Shown: positions 44,077-52,236 of the stretch, one piece after another
How positions within the stretch are numbered: the stretch's first letter is position 1
Layout: the number at the start of each line of letters is the position of its first letter
Source of the DNA: Bryobacteraceae bacterium
Lineage (GTDB): Bacteria; Acidobacteriota; Terriglobia; Bryobacterales; Bryobacteraceae
Direction of reading: 5' to 3'
Length of the DNA: 64,000 nt
Assembly: GCA_049512775.1 (NCBI GenBank)
Contig: JBEKWU010000004.1
Span: 3,096-67,095, forward strand
Translations under genes and position numbers: made by a program
The notes under the pieces: model-generated
Seen by the model: only the letters and a program-made list of their open reading frames with translations
Told to the model about the DNA's origin: nothing
The model's database searches: none

Positions 44077-44094
44077 GTCACGCAAAGGTCACGC
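44077..44094 (-). promoter_or_regulatory. Direct repeat GCGTGAC x2 (11-nt period) in the aprB upstream region; candidate operator or promoter element
   Basis: The plus strand shows gtcacgc at 44077-44083 and 44088-44094. Two further GTGAC motifs lie nearer aprB. On the minus strand, TGACCT, an 18-nt spacer and TAGGAT (44062-44067) can be read as a weak promoter. Confidence 0.3.
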
Positions 44095-44099
44095 GAACC

Positions 44100-44744
44100 T
44101 CATGCCGGCGGCTTGGGACGAACAATCGGGTGTTGGCATCCCAGGTAGAAGCAGGTGCGCCGCCCGAATTCTCCAAACCGGCAATTGTTGCGAAAGTAGA
44201 TCTCGCACTGAAGGCAGACTTCGTCTAGCTTCTCCCGCTCACTGGCGATGCCGGCTGCCAGCCGGTCCAGGAGCACGGACGCATGCTGCACTTCCTCCGG
44301 CGAGAACTGCTCGAAGATCTTGACGGCCTTCTGATTTCGGGCCGCCTCGTAGGCTTCGAGCAGCCGGCGACTGGCTTCGGTCAAGCTAATAGCGCTGGTG
44401 CGCCGGTCGCCCTGAATGTCATTCCGCCGGAGCAGGCGCCGGCGTACCAGTTTTTCCACCGCCTTGCTGGCGGCCGGACTGCTCACCCCAAGAAAGGTCG
44501 CCGCATCGCCAATCGTCACTTCATCGGTCTGCGCCACCAGGTACAGCAGCTTGAGTTGGGCAAAAGTCAATTTGTCACCGACCACCTCGCGCAGAACCGC
44601 CGCTTCGCAGACGTCGCGGACGGCCTTGGCGAAGACTCGAGCGCTAGCCAGGAATTGGTGCGTGAGGTCGGGGGTGATCGTGTTCTCCACGTCCTGCCTT
44701 CCTGCCCGGCCCGGGACCGCCACGCCGGGCCAATAGGTAACCAC
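44100..44744 (-). CDS. MarR-family transcriptional regulator with a C-terminal five-cysteine extension
   Basis: Winged-helix core (LTFAQLKLLYLVAQTDEVTIGDAATFLGVSSPAASKAVEKLVRRRLL) followed by the tail VCLQCEIYFRNNCRFGEFGRRTCFYLGCQ (C-x2-C-x7-C-x9-C-x4-C). The start is uncertain: ATG at 44744, or GTG at 44690 with AGGAAGG upstream. Confidence 0.75.
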   Translation of the reverse strand: MVTYWPGVAVPGRAGRQDVENTITPDLTHQFLASARVFAKAVRDVCEAAVLREVVGDKLTFAQLKLLYLVAQTDEVTIGDAATFLGVSSPAASKAVEKLVRRRLLRRNDIQGDRRTSAISLTEASRRLLEAYEAARNQKAVKIFEQFSPEEVQHASVLLDRLAAGIASEREKLDEVCLQCEIYFRNNCRFGEFGRRTCFYLGCQHPIVRPKPPA

Positions 44745-44848
44745 CTCAACTGTAAACCAGATTAACGTTTAGATCAAGACCCCTTTCACGGTTTTAAGAT
44801 CTTCGTACCGACTTTAATCTTTCCGAGTCTTCTGCTCCTTATATGTGA

Positions 44849-44877
44849 TTGACAACACTGACGATCATCGGTAGGGT
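44849..44877 (+). promoter_or_regulatory. Possible sigma-70 promoter: TTGACA, 17-nt spacer, TAGGGT, in the AT-rich divergent intergenic region
   Basis: ttgaca (44849-44854) and tagggt (44872-44877), about 160 nt upstream of the ATG at 45039. The -10 element is weak. Confidence 0.3.
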
Positions 44878-45038
44878 GAGATCACCCAGTCAACTGACAG
44901 GCCGCGTCGGGGTTCGCCCTCAGGGTCTCAGACTCGCCGGGGCCGCGAAAAAACCTCTTGCTCTGCGGACCAAACAAACATACAATTGACCCCGGATGGT
45001 CTGTGGCGGCCCAGCATCGGCCGAAGTGGGGTGAAGGC

Positions 45039-45848
45039 ATGTCCATCATCACGATTTCGCGGGGATCCTTCAGCGGCGGCAAAATGCTGGCCGAGTGCCT
45101 GGCGTGCAGTCTGGGCTACCGGTGCATTGATCGCGACGTCATCGTCGAGCGGGCGGCTGCCTCCGGAGTGTCGCAGGAAGACCTGAGAGACGCGTTGGAA
45201 AAACCTCCGGGGTTTCTGGACCGCTTCAATCACAAGAAGTACGTGTATCTGGCACTGATCCAAGCCGCGCTTGCCGAGGAGGTCCGCACCGGTGGGGCGA
45301 TCTATCACGGCTTGGCGGGTCACCTGCTGCTCCGGGAAGGGCCGCGCGTTCTGCGCACTCGAATCATCGCGCCGATGGAGTTCCGCATCCGCATGGCGCG
45401 GGCGCGACTGAAGCTGGAGCGCGGCGACGCCATCGCCTATATCCAGAAGATGGACCAGCACCGCCGGAAGTGGACCCAGTTCCTTTACGGAGTGGATTGG
45501 GGCGATCCGTCGCTGTACGACATCGTGCTGAACCTGGACCGCGTCGAAATCGAAGAGGCTTGCCATGTGATCGCCACCATGGCCCGCCAGCGGTGCTTCG
45601 AGTTCACCCCCGAGTGCCAGGCGGCGATGGACGACTTGGCGCTCGCCAGCCGCATTCGAGCCAACTTGGCCCTCAATGAGCCGACCTCCAACCTGGAAGT
45701 CGAGGTAGTTGCACGCCGGGGATCGGTCTCCATCAAGGGAAAACTCGTTACCATGGACCAGTATGAGGAAGTGGAACGGGTTGCGCGGGCGGTGCCCGGC
45801 GTGACCGAACTGAACCTGGACGAACTGGCGCCGAACGTCCAGGCCTAG
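45039..45848 (+). CDS. Cytidylate-kinase-like family protein with a C-terminal BON-like domain (paralog 2)
   Basis: MSIITISRGSFSGGKMLAECLACSLGYRCIDRDVIVERAA... is collinear over its full length with 13005..13811. Confidence 0.75.
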   Translation: MSIITISRGSFSGGKMLAECLACSLGYRCIDRDVIVERAAASGVSQEDLRDALEKPPGFLDRFNHKKYVYLALIQAALAEEVRTGGAIYHGLAGHLLLREGPRVLRTRIIAPMEFRIRMARARLKLERGDAIAYIQKMDQHRRKWTQFLYGVDWGDPSLYDIVLNLDRVEIEEACHVIATMARQRCFEFTPECQAAMDDLALASRIRANLALNEPTSNLEVEVVARRGSVSIKGKLVTMDQYEEVERVARAVPGVTELNLDELAPNVQA

Positions 45849-45924
45849 CGTGACCTCCGGAGGCCGGGACGTGAGCGAAGAGCACGCGCGGGAGGGCAAG
45901 GGATCATAGGGCCTGGTTGTCTGT

Positions 45925-46845
45925 ATGCCGATCTTTCTGCCCATAGCCGGAATCAGCACCAACCTGGTTCCGTTGCTGGCCGCGGGCTTCCTGGTGGGCT
46001 TTCTCTCGGGGCTCACGGGCGTCGGCGGGGGGTTTCTCCTCACGCCCATGCTGATGATGATCGGGGTTCCGCCTACCCTGGCTGCGGCTTCCGGATGCAA
46101 TTCGATCGTGGCTACATCGTCGTGCGCTGTCGGCGCTCATTTCAGGCTGGGGAACGTGGATGTCAAGCTGGGCGCCGTTCTCCTGATAGGTGGTTTGCTC
46201 GGGTCCGCCATCGGCGTCGAGATCATCAAGGTCCTGGCCACGTTGGGCGAAGCCAACTTCCTCATCAAAGTCACCTATGTGGTACTGCTCGGCGGGATCG
46301 GCGGTTACATGTTTGCCGATGGCTTCCGAGCGCTTCGCGGCAGACCGCCGGCGCCGGATTCGCCCGGCGCCGGCAAGCTCCAGACCTGGCTCGAGAAACT
46401 GCCCTGGCAGGTCAGTTTTTCGCGTTCGGGCGTCCGGCATTCGGTCCTGGTCCCCCTGCTGCTCTGCTCGCTGGTAGGAATCCTGAGCGCCATCATGGGG
46501 ATCGGCGGCGGCTTCCTGATCGTGCCCATGATGATCTACCTGCTGCGCATCCCGTTGCGCATGGCGGTCGGCACAAGCCTCTTCCAGATCCTGTTCACGT
46601 GTATTGGCGTGACGTACATGCAGGCTGTCACGAACCGCACTGTGGATCTCGAACTGGCGCTCCTGGTGGGGGCGGGCTCCACCGTGGGCGCTCAACTCGG
46701 CGTGCAGCTCAACCGGCATCTGCGTGGCGAGCACCTGAAGGTTCTGCTGGCCAGTCTGGCCCTGCTTGTGTCGGTGAAGATGGCGATCGGACTGGTGCTG
46801 ACTCCTGCCAGCCTGCTCTCTCATGTAATGGTCCAAACTCCATGA
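45925..46845 (+). CDS. TauE/SafE (DUF81) family anion permease, copy A
   Basis: MPIFLPIAGISTNLVPLLAAGFLVGFLSGLTGVGGGFLLTPMLM..., with the second-half repeat IMGIGGGFLIVPMM. The stop overlaps the next ATG. Confidence 0.85.
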   Translation: MPIFLPIAGISTNLVPLLAAGFLVGFLSGLTGVGGGFLLTPMLMMIGVPPTLAAASGCNSIVATSSCAVGAHFRLGNVDVKLGAVLLIGGLLGSAIGVEIIKVLATLGEANFLIKVTYVVLLGGIGGYMFADGFRALRGRPPAPDSPGAGKLQTWLEKLPWQVSFSRSGVRHSVLVPLLLCSLVGILSAIMGIGGGFLIVPMMIYLLRIPLRMAVGTSLFQILFTCIGVTYMQAVTNRTVDLELALLVGAGSTVGAQLGVQLNRHLRGEHLKVLLASLALLVSVKMAIGLVLTPASLLSHVMVQTP

Positions 46846-48197
46846 GACCTCCAGGGCTTGCGGTGATCGGTTTGACCTTGTCCGCGCTCGCGCTGGCAGA
46901 CTCTTCCGGTGAGGACCCCCGCCCGCCGGGCGAGCGGCAGGCGTCCCCGGCGCCGGATCCAAGCGATTCCCGATGGCCCAGAATACCTGCCGAACGTCTT
47001 CCCGACTGGCTGAAATTGGGGATCGAACTCCGCGGCCGCTTGGATACCGAGACGGGGTTCAAGTTCAATCCCGGCCCGGATGACACCTACTATCTGCACC
47101 GGCTTCGTTTGGACGTCGGCATCGAGCCGAACTCGTGGCTGCGTTTCTTCATCCAGGGGCAGGATGCACGGGTTGGCGGCTACAACCGTCCGCTGCCGGC
47201 CAACGTGTCTAACTCGATGGACCTTCGGCAGGGCTACGTGGAATTCGGCCGGCCGGACGAGAAGTCCTGGGGGCTGCGCGCCGGGCGGCAGGAACTGCGG
47301 TTCGGGGAGGCGCGCCTGGTGGGTTCGTCCAACTGGAGCAACGTGGCGCGAAGTTATGACGCCCTGCGCCTCGCTTACAAAACGACCGGAGCGCGTCTGG
47401 ATTGGTTTGCGGCGGCCATCGTACAGACTGTAGACGGCCGGTTCGACCGGCCGATGCTCCGCAACGGCTTTTACGGATTCTATTCTTCGTTCGACAAGCT
47501 GATCCGCAAGTCGGTCGTCGAGCCGTACGTCTTCTGGAAGACAAACTCGAGGGTGCGCGGCGAATCGGGGCGGATTGGCGACCAGGACGTCTACACCCCC
47601 GGGTTTCGGATGGCGGGCGATCTGCCCGGACGGTTCGATTACAGTGTCGAAGTGGCCTTTGAGTCCGGCCATTTCGCGCAGGATCGGATCCGCGCGTGGG
47701 CGGGACACGGGCTGCTGGGCTGGAAGCTGCCCGTTGCGGCCTGGAAGCTGCGCCTGGTGTCCGAGTACAACCACGCCTCGGGGGACGGGAATCCCCGGGA
47801 CGGCCGCCACGGTACTTTCGACCCGCTATATCCGACCAATCACGCCCAGGACGGCGCCGCCGACCGGATCACCTGGCGGAACATTCATGACCTGATGGGC
47901 GGGATCGAGGCAAAGCCAACGAAAAGATGGCGCTGCGAGCTTGACTACCACGCTTTTTGGCTGGCCACCCGCCAGGACGGCTTGTACACGGCCTCCGGCG
48001 CCCTATGGGTGCTCAACCGGACGGCCACCAGCAGCTTCGTAGGTCCGGAAATCGACTTGGAGGTTCTGTATCGGCATTCAGACCGGCTTCAACTGGGATT
48101 CGGCTGCGGGCACTTGTTCGCCGGGCCGTACCTCAGGCAGTCCATCCCAGAACGGGGAGCGACTTACCCGTATGTGATGTGGAGTTACCGATTGTAG
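46842..48197 (+). CDS. Alginate-export (AlgE-like) family outer-membrane beta-barrel porin
   Basis: Signal peptide MRPPGLAVIGLTLSALALA. Then LKLGIELRGRLDTE, YYLHRLRLDV, FIQGQDARV, LRQGYVEF, ELRFGEARLVGSSNWSNVARSYDALRL and a terminal ...YVMWSYRL aromatic end. Confidence 0.75.
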   Translation: MRPPGLAVIGLTLSALALADSSGEDPRPPGERQASPAPDPSDSRWPRIPAERLPDWLKLGIELRGRLDTETGFKFNPGPDDTYYLHRLRLDVGIEPNSWLRFFIQGQDARVGGYNRPLPANVSNSMDLRQGYVEFGRPDEKSWGLRAGRQELRFGEARLVGSSNWSNVARSYDALRLAYKTTGARLDWFAAAIVQTVDGRFDRPMLRNGFYGFYSSFDKLIRKSVVEPYVFWKTNSRVRGESGRIGDQDVYTPGFRMAGDLPGRFDYSVEVAFESGHFAQDRIRAWAGHGLLGWKLPVAAWKLRLVSEYNHASGDGNPRDGRHGTFDPLYPTNHAQDGAADRITWRNIHDLMGGIEAKPTKRWRCELDYHAFWLATRQDGLYTASGALWVLNRTATSSFVGPEIDLEVLYRHSDRLQLGFGCGHLFAGPYLRQSIPERGATYPYVMWSYRL

Positions 48198-48231
48198 ACT
48201 TGCCCGCCACTCGCGGCGGCGGAAAGATCAT

Positions 48232-49335
48232 ATGCCCATTTTCTTGCCGGTAGCCGGGATCAGCATCAACATGTTCCTGCTGATCGGCGCCGGCGCACTG
48301 ATCGGCTTCCTGTCGGGCCTGCTCGGTGTCGGTGGCGGCTTCCTGCTGACGCCCATCCTGATGATGATCGGCGTCCCTCCGACCATAGCTGCCGCTTCCG
48401 ACAACAATGCCATTGTCGCGACCTCTTCTTCGGGCGTGGCCGCGCATTTCCGGATCGGCAACGTGGATATCAAGATGGGAACGGTCTTGCTGCTGGGCGG
48501 CCTCGTCGGCGCCGCCATTGGCGTCGAGATCATCAAGATCCTGCGAACAATGGGGAACGCCGGCGTTCTGATTGAGCTGACCTACATCGTGGTGCTGGGC
48601 GGGACCGGCGGATTCATGTTCTTGCAGAGCTTGGCAACCATGCGGCGCGGCACGATCATCCTCAAGACGCGCCAGCCCGTCAGACCGAGCCATTTCTTGA
48701 GCCGGCTGCCTTTTCAAATGCGGTTCCCCCACTCCCGTGTGCAGCACTCGGTGTCCGTTCCGTTCCTGCTGGGCGCACTCGTGGGCATTCTGTCGGCGAT
48801 CATGGGCGTGGGCGGAGGCTTCATCATGGTGCCGATGATGGTCTACCTGCTGCGCATGCCTCCCCATATCGCGGTCGGCACCAGTCTGTTCCAGATTCTG
48901 TTCACGTGCGCCGGAGTGACTTACATGCAGGCGGCGACGAACCACAGCGTCGACCTGGTCCTGGCGTTGTTGCTGGCGGCCGGATCGACGATTGGAGCGC
49001 AGATCGGCGCCCGCGTCAGCCGGGTGCTGCGCGGCGAGCAGTTGATGATCCTGCTGGCGACGCTGGCGCTTCTGGTGGTAGGGAAGATGACGGTGAGCTT
49101 GGTGGTCACGCCGTCGAACCTGCTGGACGTCGGCCATTCCGCGGAGTCGAAGCCGGCGCCGCGACCTGCCGGGCACGCGGGGTTTCAGGGCCCTCCTCGA
49201 GTGGCGTTCCCCAGTTCGGCCAGCGTACCCCTGTGGGGCGAGGGTCCGCGCCCGCCCGCCCCTGCGCTGCCGATGCGTTCGCAAGCCGCCCGCGGCAATG
49301 CGCCTCGGGAGGTGTTCCGGGGAGGGCCGTCATGA
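48232..49335 (+). CDS. TauE/SafE family anion permease, copy B, with a low-complexity Pro-rich C-terminal tail
   Basis: The first ~300 aa are collinear with copy A (MPIFLPVAGISINMFLLIGAGALIGFLSGLLGVGGGFLLTPILM...). The stop overlaps the next ATG. Confidence 0.85.
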   Translation: MPIFLPVAGISINMFLLIGAGALIGFLSGLLGVGGGFLLTPILMMIGVPPTIAAASDNNAIVATSSSGVAAHFRIGNVDIKMGTVLLLGGLVGAAIGVEIIKILRTMGNAGVLIELTYIVVLGGTGGFMFLQSLATMRRGTIILKTRQPVRPSHFLSRLPFQMRFPHSRVQHSVSVPFLLGALVGILSAIMGVGGGFIMVPMMVYLLRMPPHIAVGTSLFQILFTCAGVTYMQAATNHSVDLVLALLLAAGSTIGAQIGARVSRVLRGEQLMILLATLALLVVGKMTVSLVVTPSNLLDVGHSAESKPAPRPAGHAGFQGPPRVAFPSSASVPLWGEGPRPPAPALPMRSQAARGNAPREVFRGGPS

Positions 49336-50186
49336 TCGGGCTTCGGATCGGGCTGACGATCGGAATCGCGGCTTGGCTGCAACCGGCGCCCCCTCCCCCG
49401 CGGGCGGAAGGGCTCTCCGTGAAGCTGACGCCCGAAGTCATCCGGATGGGGGCGTTTTACAGCGGCGAGTGGATGCGAATCTCCGGCACAGTCGCGCGCA
49501 ACTCGAAAGTGATTGTAGTCATCCGCGGTCCAAACACCGAGGAGCTGTTCAACCGAAAAGCGCGAGTCGGCCCGATCTGGATCAACTCCGGCAAGGTGCA
49601 CATCTCCGGAGTGCCCTCCCTGTTCCTCTGCTACAGCTCCGAGCCCGTTGGCAGCCTTCTCCGGCGCGACGAGATTGAACGAAGGCAGCTCGACGAACTG
49701 GCGATCAAACGGCAGATGATCGTCGCGCCGAAGGAAATGGACCAGGAGATCATCCGGGCACACTACGTGGCGCTGAAGACCGAGGAAAGGGTCTACCGGG
49801 TTGTCAGCGACGGCCTCAAAATGGGCGCCCCGGGAGAAACCGGCGTTCCGTTTTCGGTGGACTTTCATTGGCCCAGGAAGGCTTCGCCGGCCCACTATGA
49901 GGTCCGTGTCTACGAGTGCCGCGATGGCGCCGTCGTCGGAAGGGTAGCGGCTCCGCTCGACGTAGTCAAAACCGGCTTCCCCGCCGCAATAGCGGATCTG
50001 GCCAGGGAACACGATTCCGCTTACGGAGTGGTCGCGGTACTGGTTGCCGTGTTGGTGGGGTTTGGGATCGATTTTCTGGCCGCCGGCCTCCGCAGGAAAC
50101 TGCGAGGCGCCTCGGCCGCCGCCAGCGAGCGGCGCGCTCCAGAGGAGGAACCGGAGCGGCTTGGCAAAGGCATGGGCAAGCCCTGA
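49332..50186 (+). CDS. Exported protein with a C-terminal TM anchor, TIGR02186 (Alph_Pro_TM)-like
   Basis: Signal peptide MIGLRIGLTIGIAAWL. Then FYSGEWMRISG, VIVVIRGP, RKARVGPIWINS and the C-terminal helix VVAVLVAVLVGFGIDFL. The family assignment is from memory of the usual DUF81 neighbour and should be confirmed with an HMM. Confidence 0.6.
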   Translation: MIGLRIGLTIGIAAWLQPAPPPPRAEGLSVKLTPEVIRMGAFYSGEWMRISGTVARNSKVIVVIRGPNTEELFNRKARVGPIWINSGKVHISGVPSLFLCYSSEPVGSLLRRDEIERRQLDELAIKRQMIVAPKEMDQEIIRAHYVALKTEERVYRVVSDGLKMGAPGETGVPFSVDFHWPRKASPAHYEVRVYECRDGAVVGRVAAPLDVVKTGFPAAIADLAREHDSAYGVVAVLVAVLVGFGIDFLAAGLRRKLRGASAAASERRAPEEEPERLGKGMGKP

Positions 50187-50203
50187 AGCAGTCAGGAGGT
50201 GTC

Positions 50204-50503
50204 ATGAACAAGATGTTGCGGAGTAAGTGGCTGCAGGCGATCCTGTTCGGCTTGGCGCTCCTTCCCACCCGGTTGCTCGCGGTGGAGGGGAGCGGCCAGG
50301 CGATCGTGATCGTGGCCGACAGCCGCAGGTACACCGGCTGGCAGGCTTGGTGGACCAATCTGTACAACGAGAGCCACGCGGGCTTCGCTCTCGTCACGGT
50401 TCTCGTCATCCCCACGATCGGCCTGATCCTCGGCAAGCTGACTGGCTGGTTGCTGGCTCGCACCGGGATCAACCTCAAGTCAAGAGAGCTCGCCGAGCGC
50501 TAA
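50204..50503 (+). CDS. Small (99 aa) protein with a signal peptide and a C-terminal TM helix; unknown function
   Basis: AGGAGG lies 6 nt upstream of the ATG. MNKMLRSKWLQAILFGLALLPTRLLAVEG... and the C-terminal FALVTVLVIPTIGLILGKLTGWLL. Confidence 0.6.
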   Translation: MNKMLRSKWLQAILFGLALLPTRLLAVEGSGQAIVIVADSRRYTGWQAWWTNLYNESHAGFALVTVLVIPTIGLILGKLTGWLLARTGINLKSRELAER

Positions 50504-50515
50504 GGAGGTCGCGCC

Positions 50516-51583
50516 ATGGAATGGCTCTATACGCTGATGCCCATCGCGGGCGTCCAGATCTTCTGGCCGGGATTGGTGATCCTCGGCTTTGGTGTCGGCA
50601 TGATGGGCGGTTTTTTTGGCATGGGCGGCGGCTGGATGGTGACTCCAGGCCTCAACTTCCTTGGCTTCCCGATGGCATTCGCGATCGGGACGGACATCAC
50701 CCAGATGGCCGGGCCCTCGCTCATCTCGACCATTCGGCACGGGAGGTTCGGCAACGTCGATTACAAACTGGGCGCCATTATGATCGGCGGCACGGTGGTC
50801 GGCTTCGAGCTGGGCGCGCAGATGATCATGTGGCTGGAACGGATCGGCAAGGTGGACGTGTATGTGCGCTCCGGCTACCTCGTTGTCCTGACCTTGATCG
50901 CGTGGCTGGTATTCGCGGACGCCTCGAAGCGCCGAAAGAAGGAGCGGGAGGCAAGGGCCGCCGGGAAGGCGCTCGACGCTCTGGCCACCGGAATCGAGTG
51001 GCACAAGACTCTGCACAAGATCAACATCCCGCCAGTGATTCACTTCAAGCGGGCCGGCATCCGCTGCTCGGCCTGGCTGCCAATTTCCGTGGGTGTTTTA
51101 ACCGGCTGGATGGCGGGCGTTCTGGGGATCGGCGGCGGCCTGATCCGCATGCCCGCCCTGATCTACCTCATCGGGTGCCCGACTCACATCGCGGTCGGCA
51201 CCGACCTCTTCGGGATCGCAGTCTCCGCACTCTACGGAGCGGGCTCATACAGCTACAAGGGGAGGACGGAGTTGCTGGCCGCGGTCATTATGCTGGCCGG
51301 GGCTTGCATCGGCGCTCAGATCGGCTCGGTGGCCACAAAGTACGTGAAGGGCTATGGCATCCGGATTTTTTTTGGCATCGCGGTCATCGGTTGCGGTGTT
51401 TCAATCCTCTTGAAGCTGATCGGCGCGGCAAGCCCGGCCTTTAGAGCCGTCCTGGACGGCGCGGCGACCGTCTTGATCCTGGGACTCGTGACCGCGCTTT
51501 CGCTGTACATCCTCATACGGTTCATCGGTGGCGTTCGCGAGGAACTGGCGGCGAAGAGAGAAGCCGTGCAAACGGCTCGGTGA
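50516..51583 (+). CDS. TauE/SafE family anion permease, copy C (divergent)
   Basis: GVGMMGGFFGMGGGWMVTPGL and GVLGIGGGLIRMPALIYL are half-repeats. A charged central loop is present (KRRKKEREARAAGKALD). Confidence 0.8.
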   Translation: MEWLYTLMPIAGVQIFWPGLVILGFGVGMMGGFFGMGGGWMVTPGLNFLGFPMAFAIGTDITQMAGPSLISTIRHGRFGNVDYKLGAIMIGGTVVGFELGAQMIMWLERIGKVDVYVRSGYLVVLTLIAWLVFADASKRRKKEREARAAGKALDALATGIEWHKTLHKINIPPVIHFKRAGIRCSAWLPISVGVLTGWMAGVLGIGGGLIRMPALIYLIGCPTHIAVGTDLFGIAVSALYGAGSYSYKGRTELLAAVIMLAGACIGAQIGSVATKYVKGYGIRIFFGIAVIGCGVSILLKLIGAASPAFRAVLDGAATVLILGLVTALSLYILIRFIGGVREELAAKREAVQTAR

Positions 51584-51593
51584 GGAGCAGCCA

Positions 51594-52202
51594 ATGGCGC
51601 GCAATCATTCTTCCATGACTGTCGAGACTGTTGCCGTTCTCGCCTGTACTCTTGTTGCGGGCGGATGCGGCGGCTTCGGCCAGGTGAACCAGGGTCGCGT
51701 CATACAATACGACCGGGAAAAGGGGCTGGTCACCTTCATCCAGGATTCCAATTACCGCGAGCCTGGCAAACCGCGATTCGACGTGCTGCCGCCGGTCACT
51801 GTGAAGATCCCCGCCGACCCGAACGAGATGGGGCCGGCGCCCGATGCCGGCGTGCTGCTGGCCGTGGATTCGGAGCGCACGCAGCTCGTCACCTACGACG
51901 CCGGAGCCCAGCGGTTCAGGACCGTTCCGTACACGCCGCTCGAGGAGCATCGCAACGTGTACCGCGACGATCCGCGCCTCCGAGGGCGCCTGCCGCGCAT
52001 CGATCGCGAAAAGAAGACGATCACGCTGTACGATCCGCGGCAGCGGCTCCTGTTGACCTTTTCCGTGAGCGATGAAAACTTCCGCCTGCCGGAGGACACC
52101 TGGAAGGCCGGCGACGACATCCGCTACTACTACAAGCAGCCGGGCCAGGCGCTGCGGATGATGAACGTCACCAGGACGGACATCGGCAAAGCTGGGAAGT
52201 AG
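51594..52202 (+). CDS. Lipoprotein of unknown function
   Basis: The lipobox-like LVAGGC lies at the end of the signal sequence (MARNHSSMTVETVAVLACTLVAGGCGG). The body is hydrophilic. Confidence 0.65.
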   Translation: MARNHSSMTVETVAVLACTLVAGGCGGFGQVNQGRVIQYDREKGLVTFIQDSNYREPGKPRFDVLPPVTVKIPADPNEMGPAPDAGVLLAVDSERTQLVTYDAGAQRFRTVPYTPLEEHRNVYRDDPRLRGRLPRIDREKKTITLYDPRQRLLLTFSVSDENFRLPEDTWKAGDDIRYYYKQPGQALRMMNVTRTDIGKAGK

Positions 52203-52236
52203 CCCGGGATGTCCCGTGCTATAGTGGCGTCAACCA

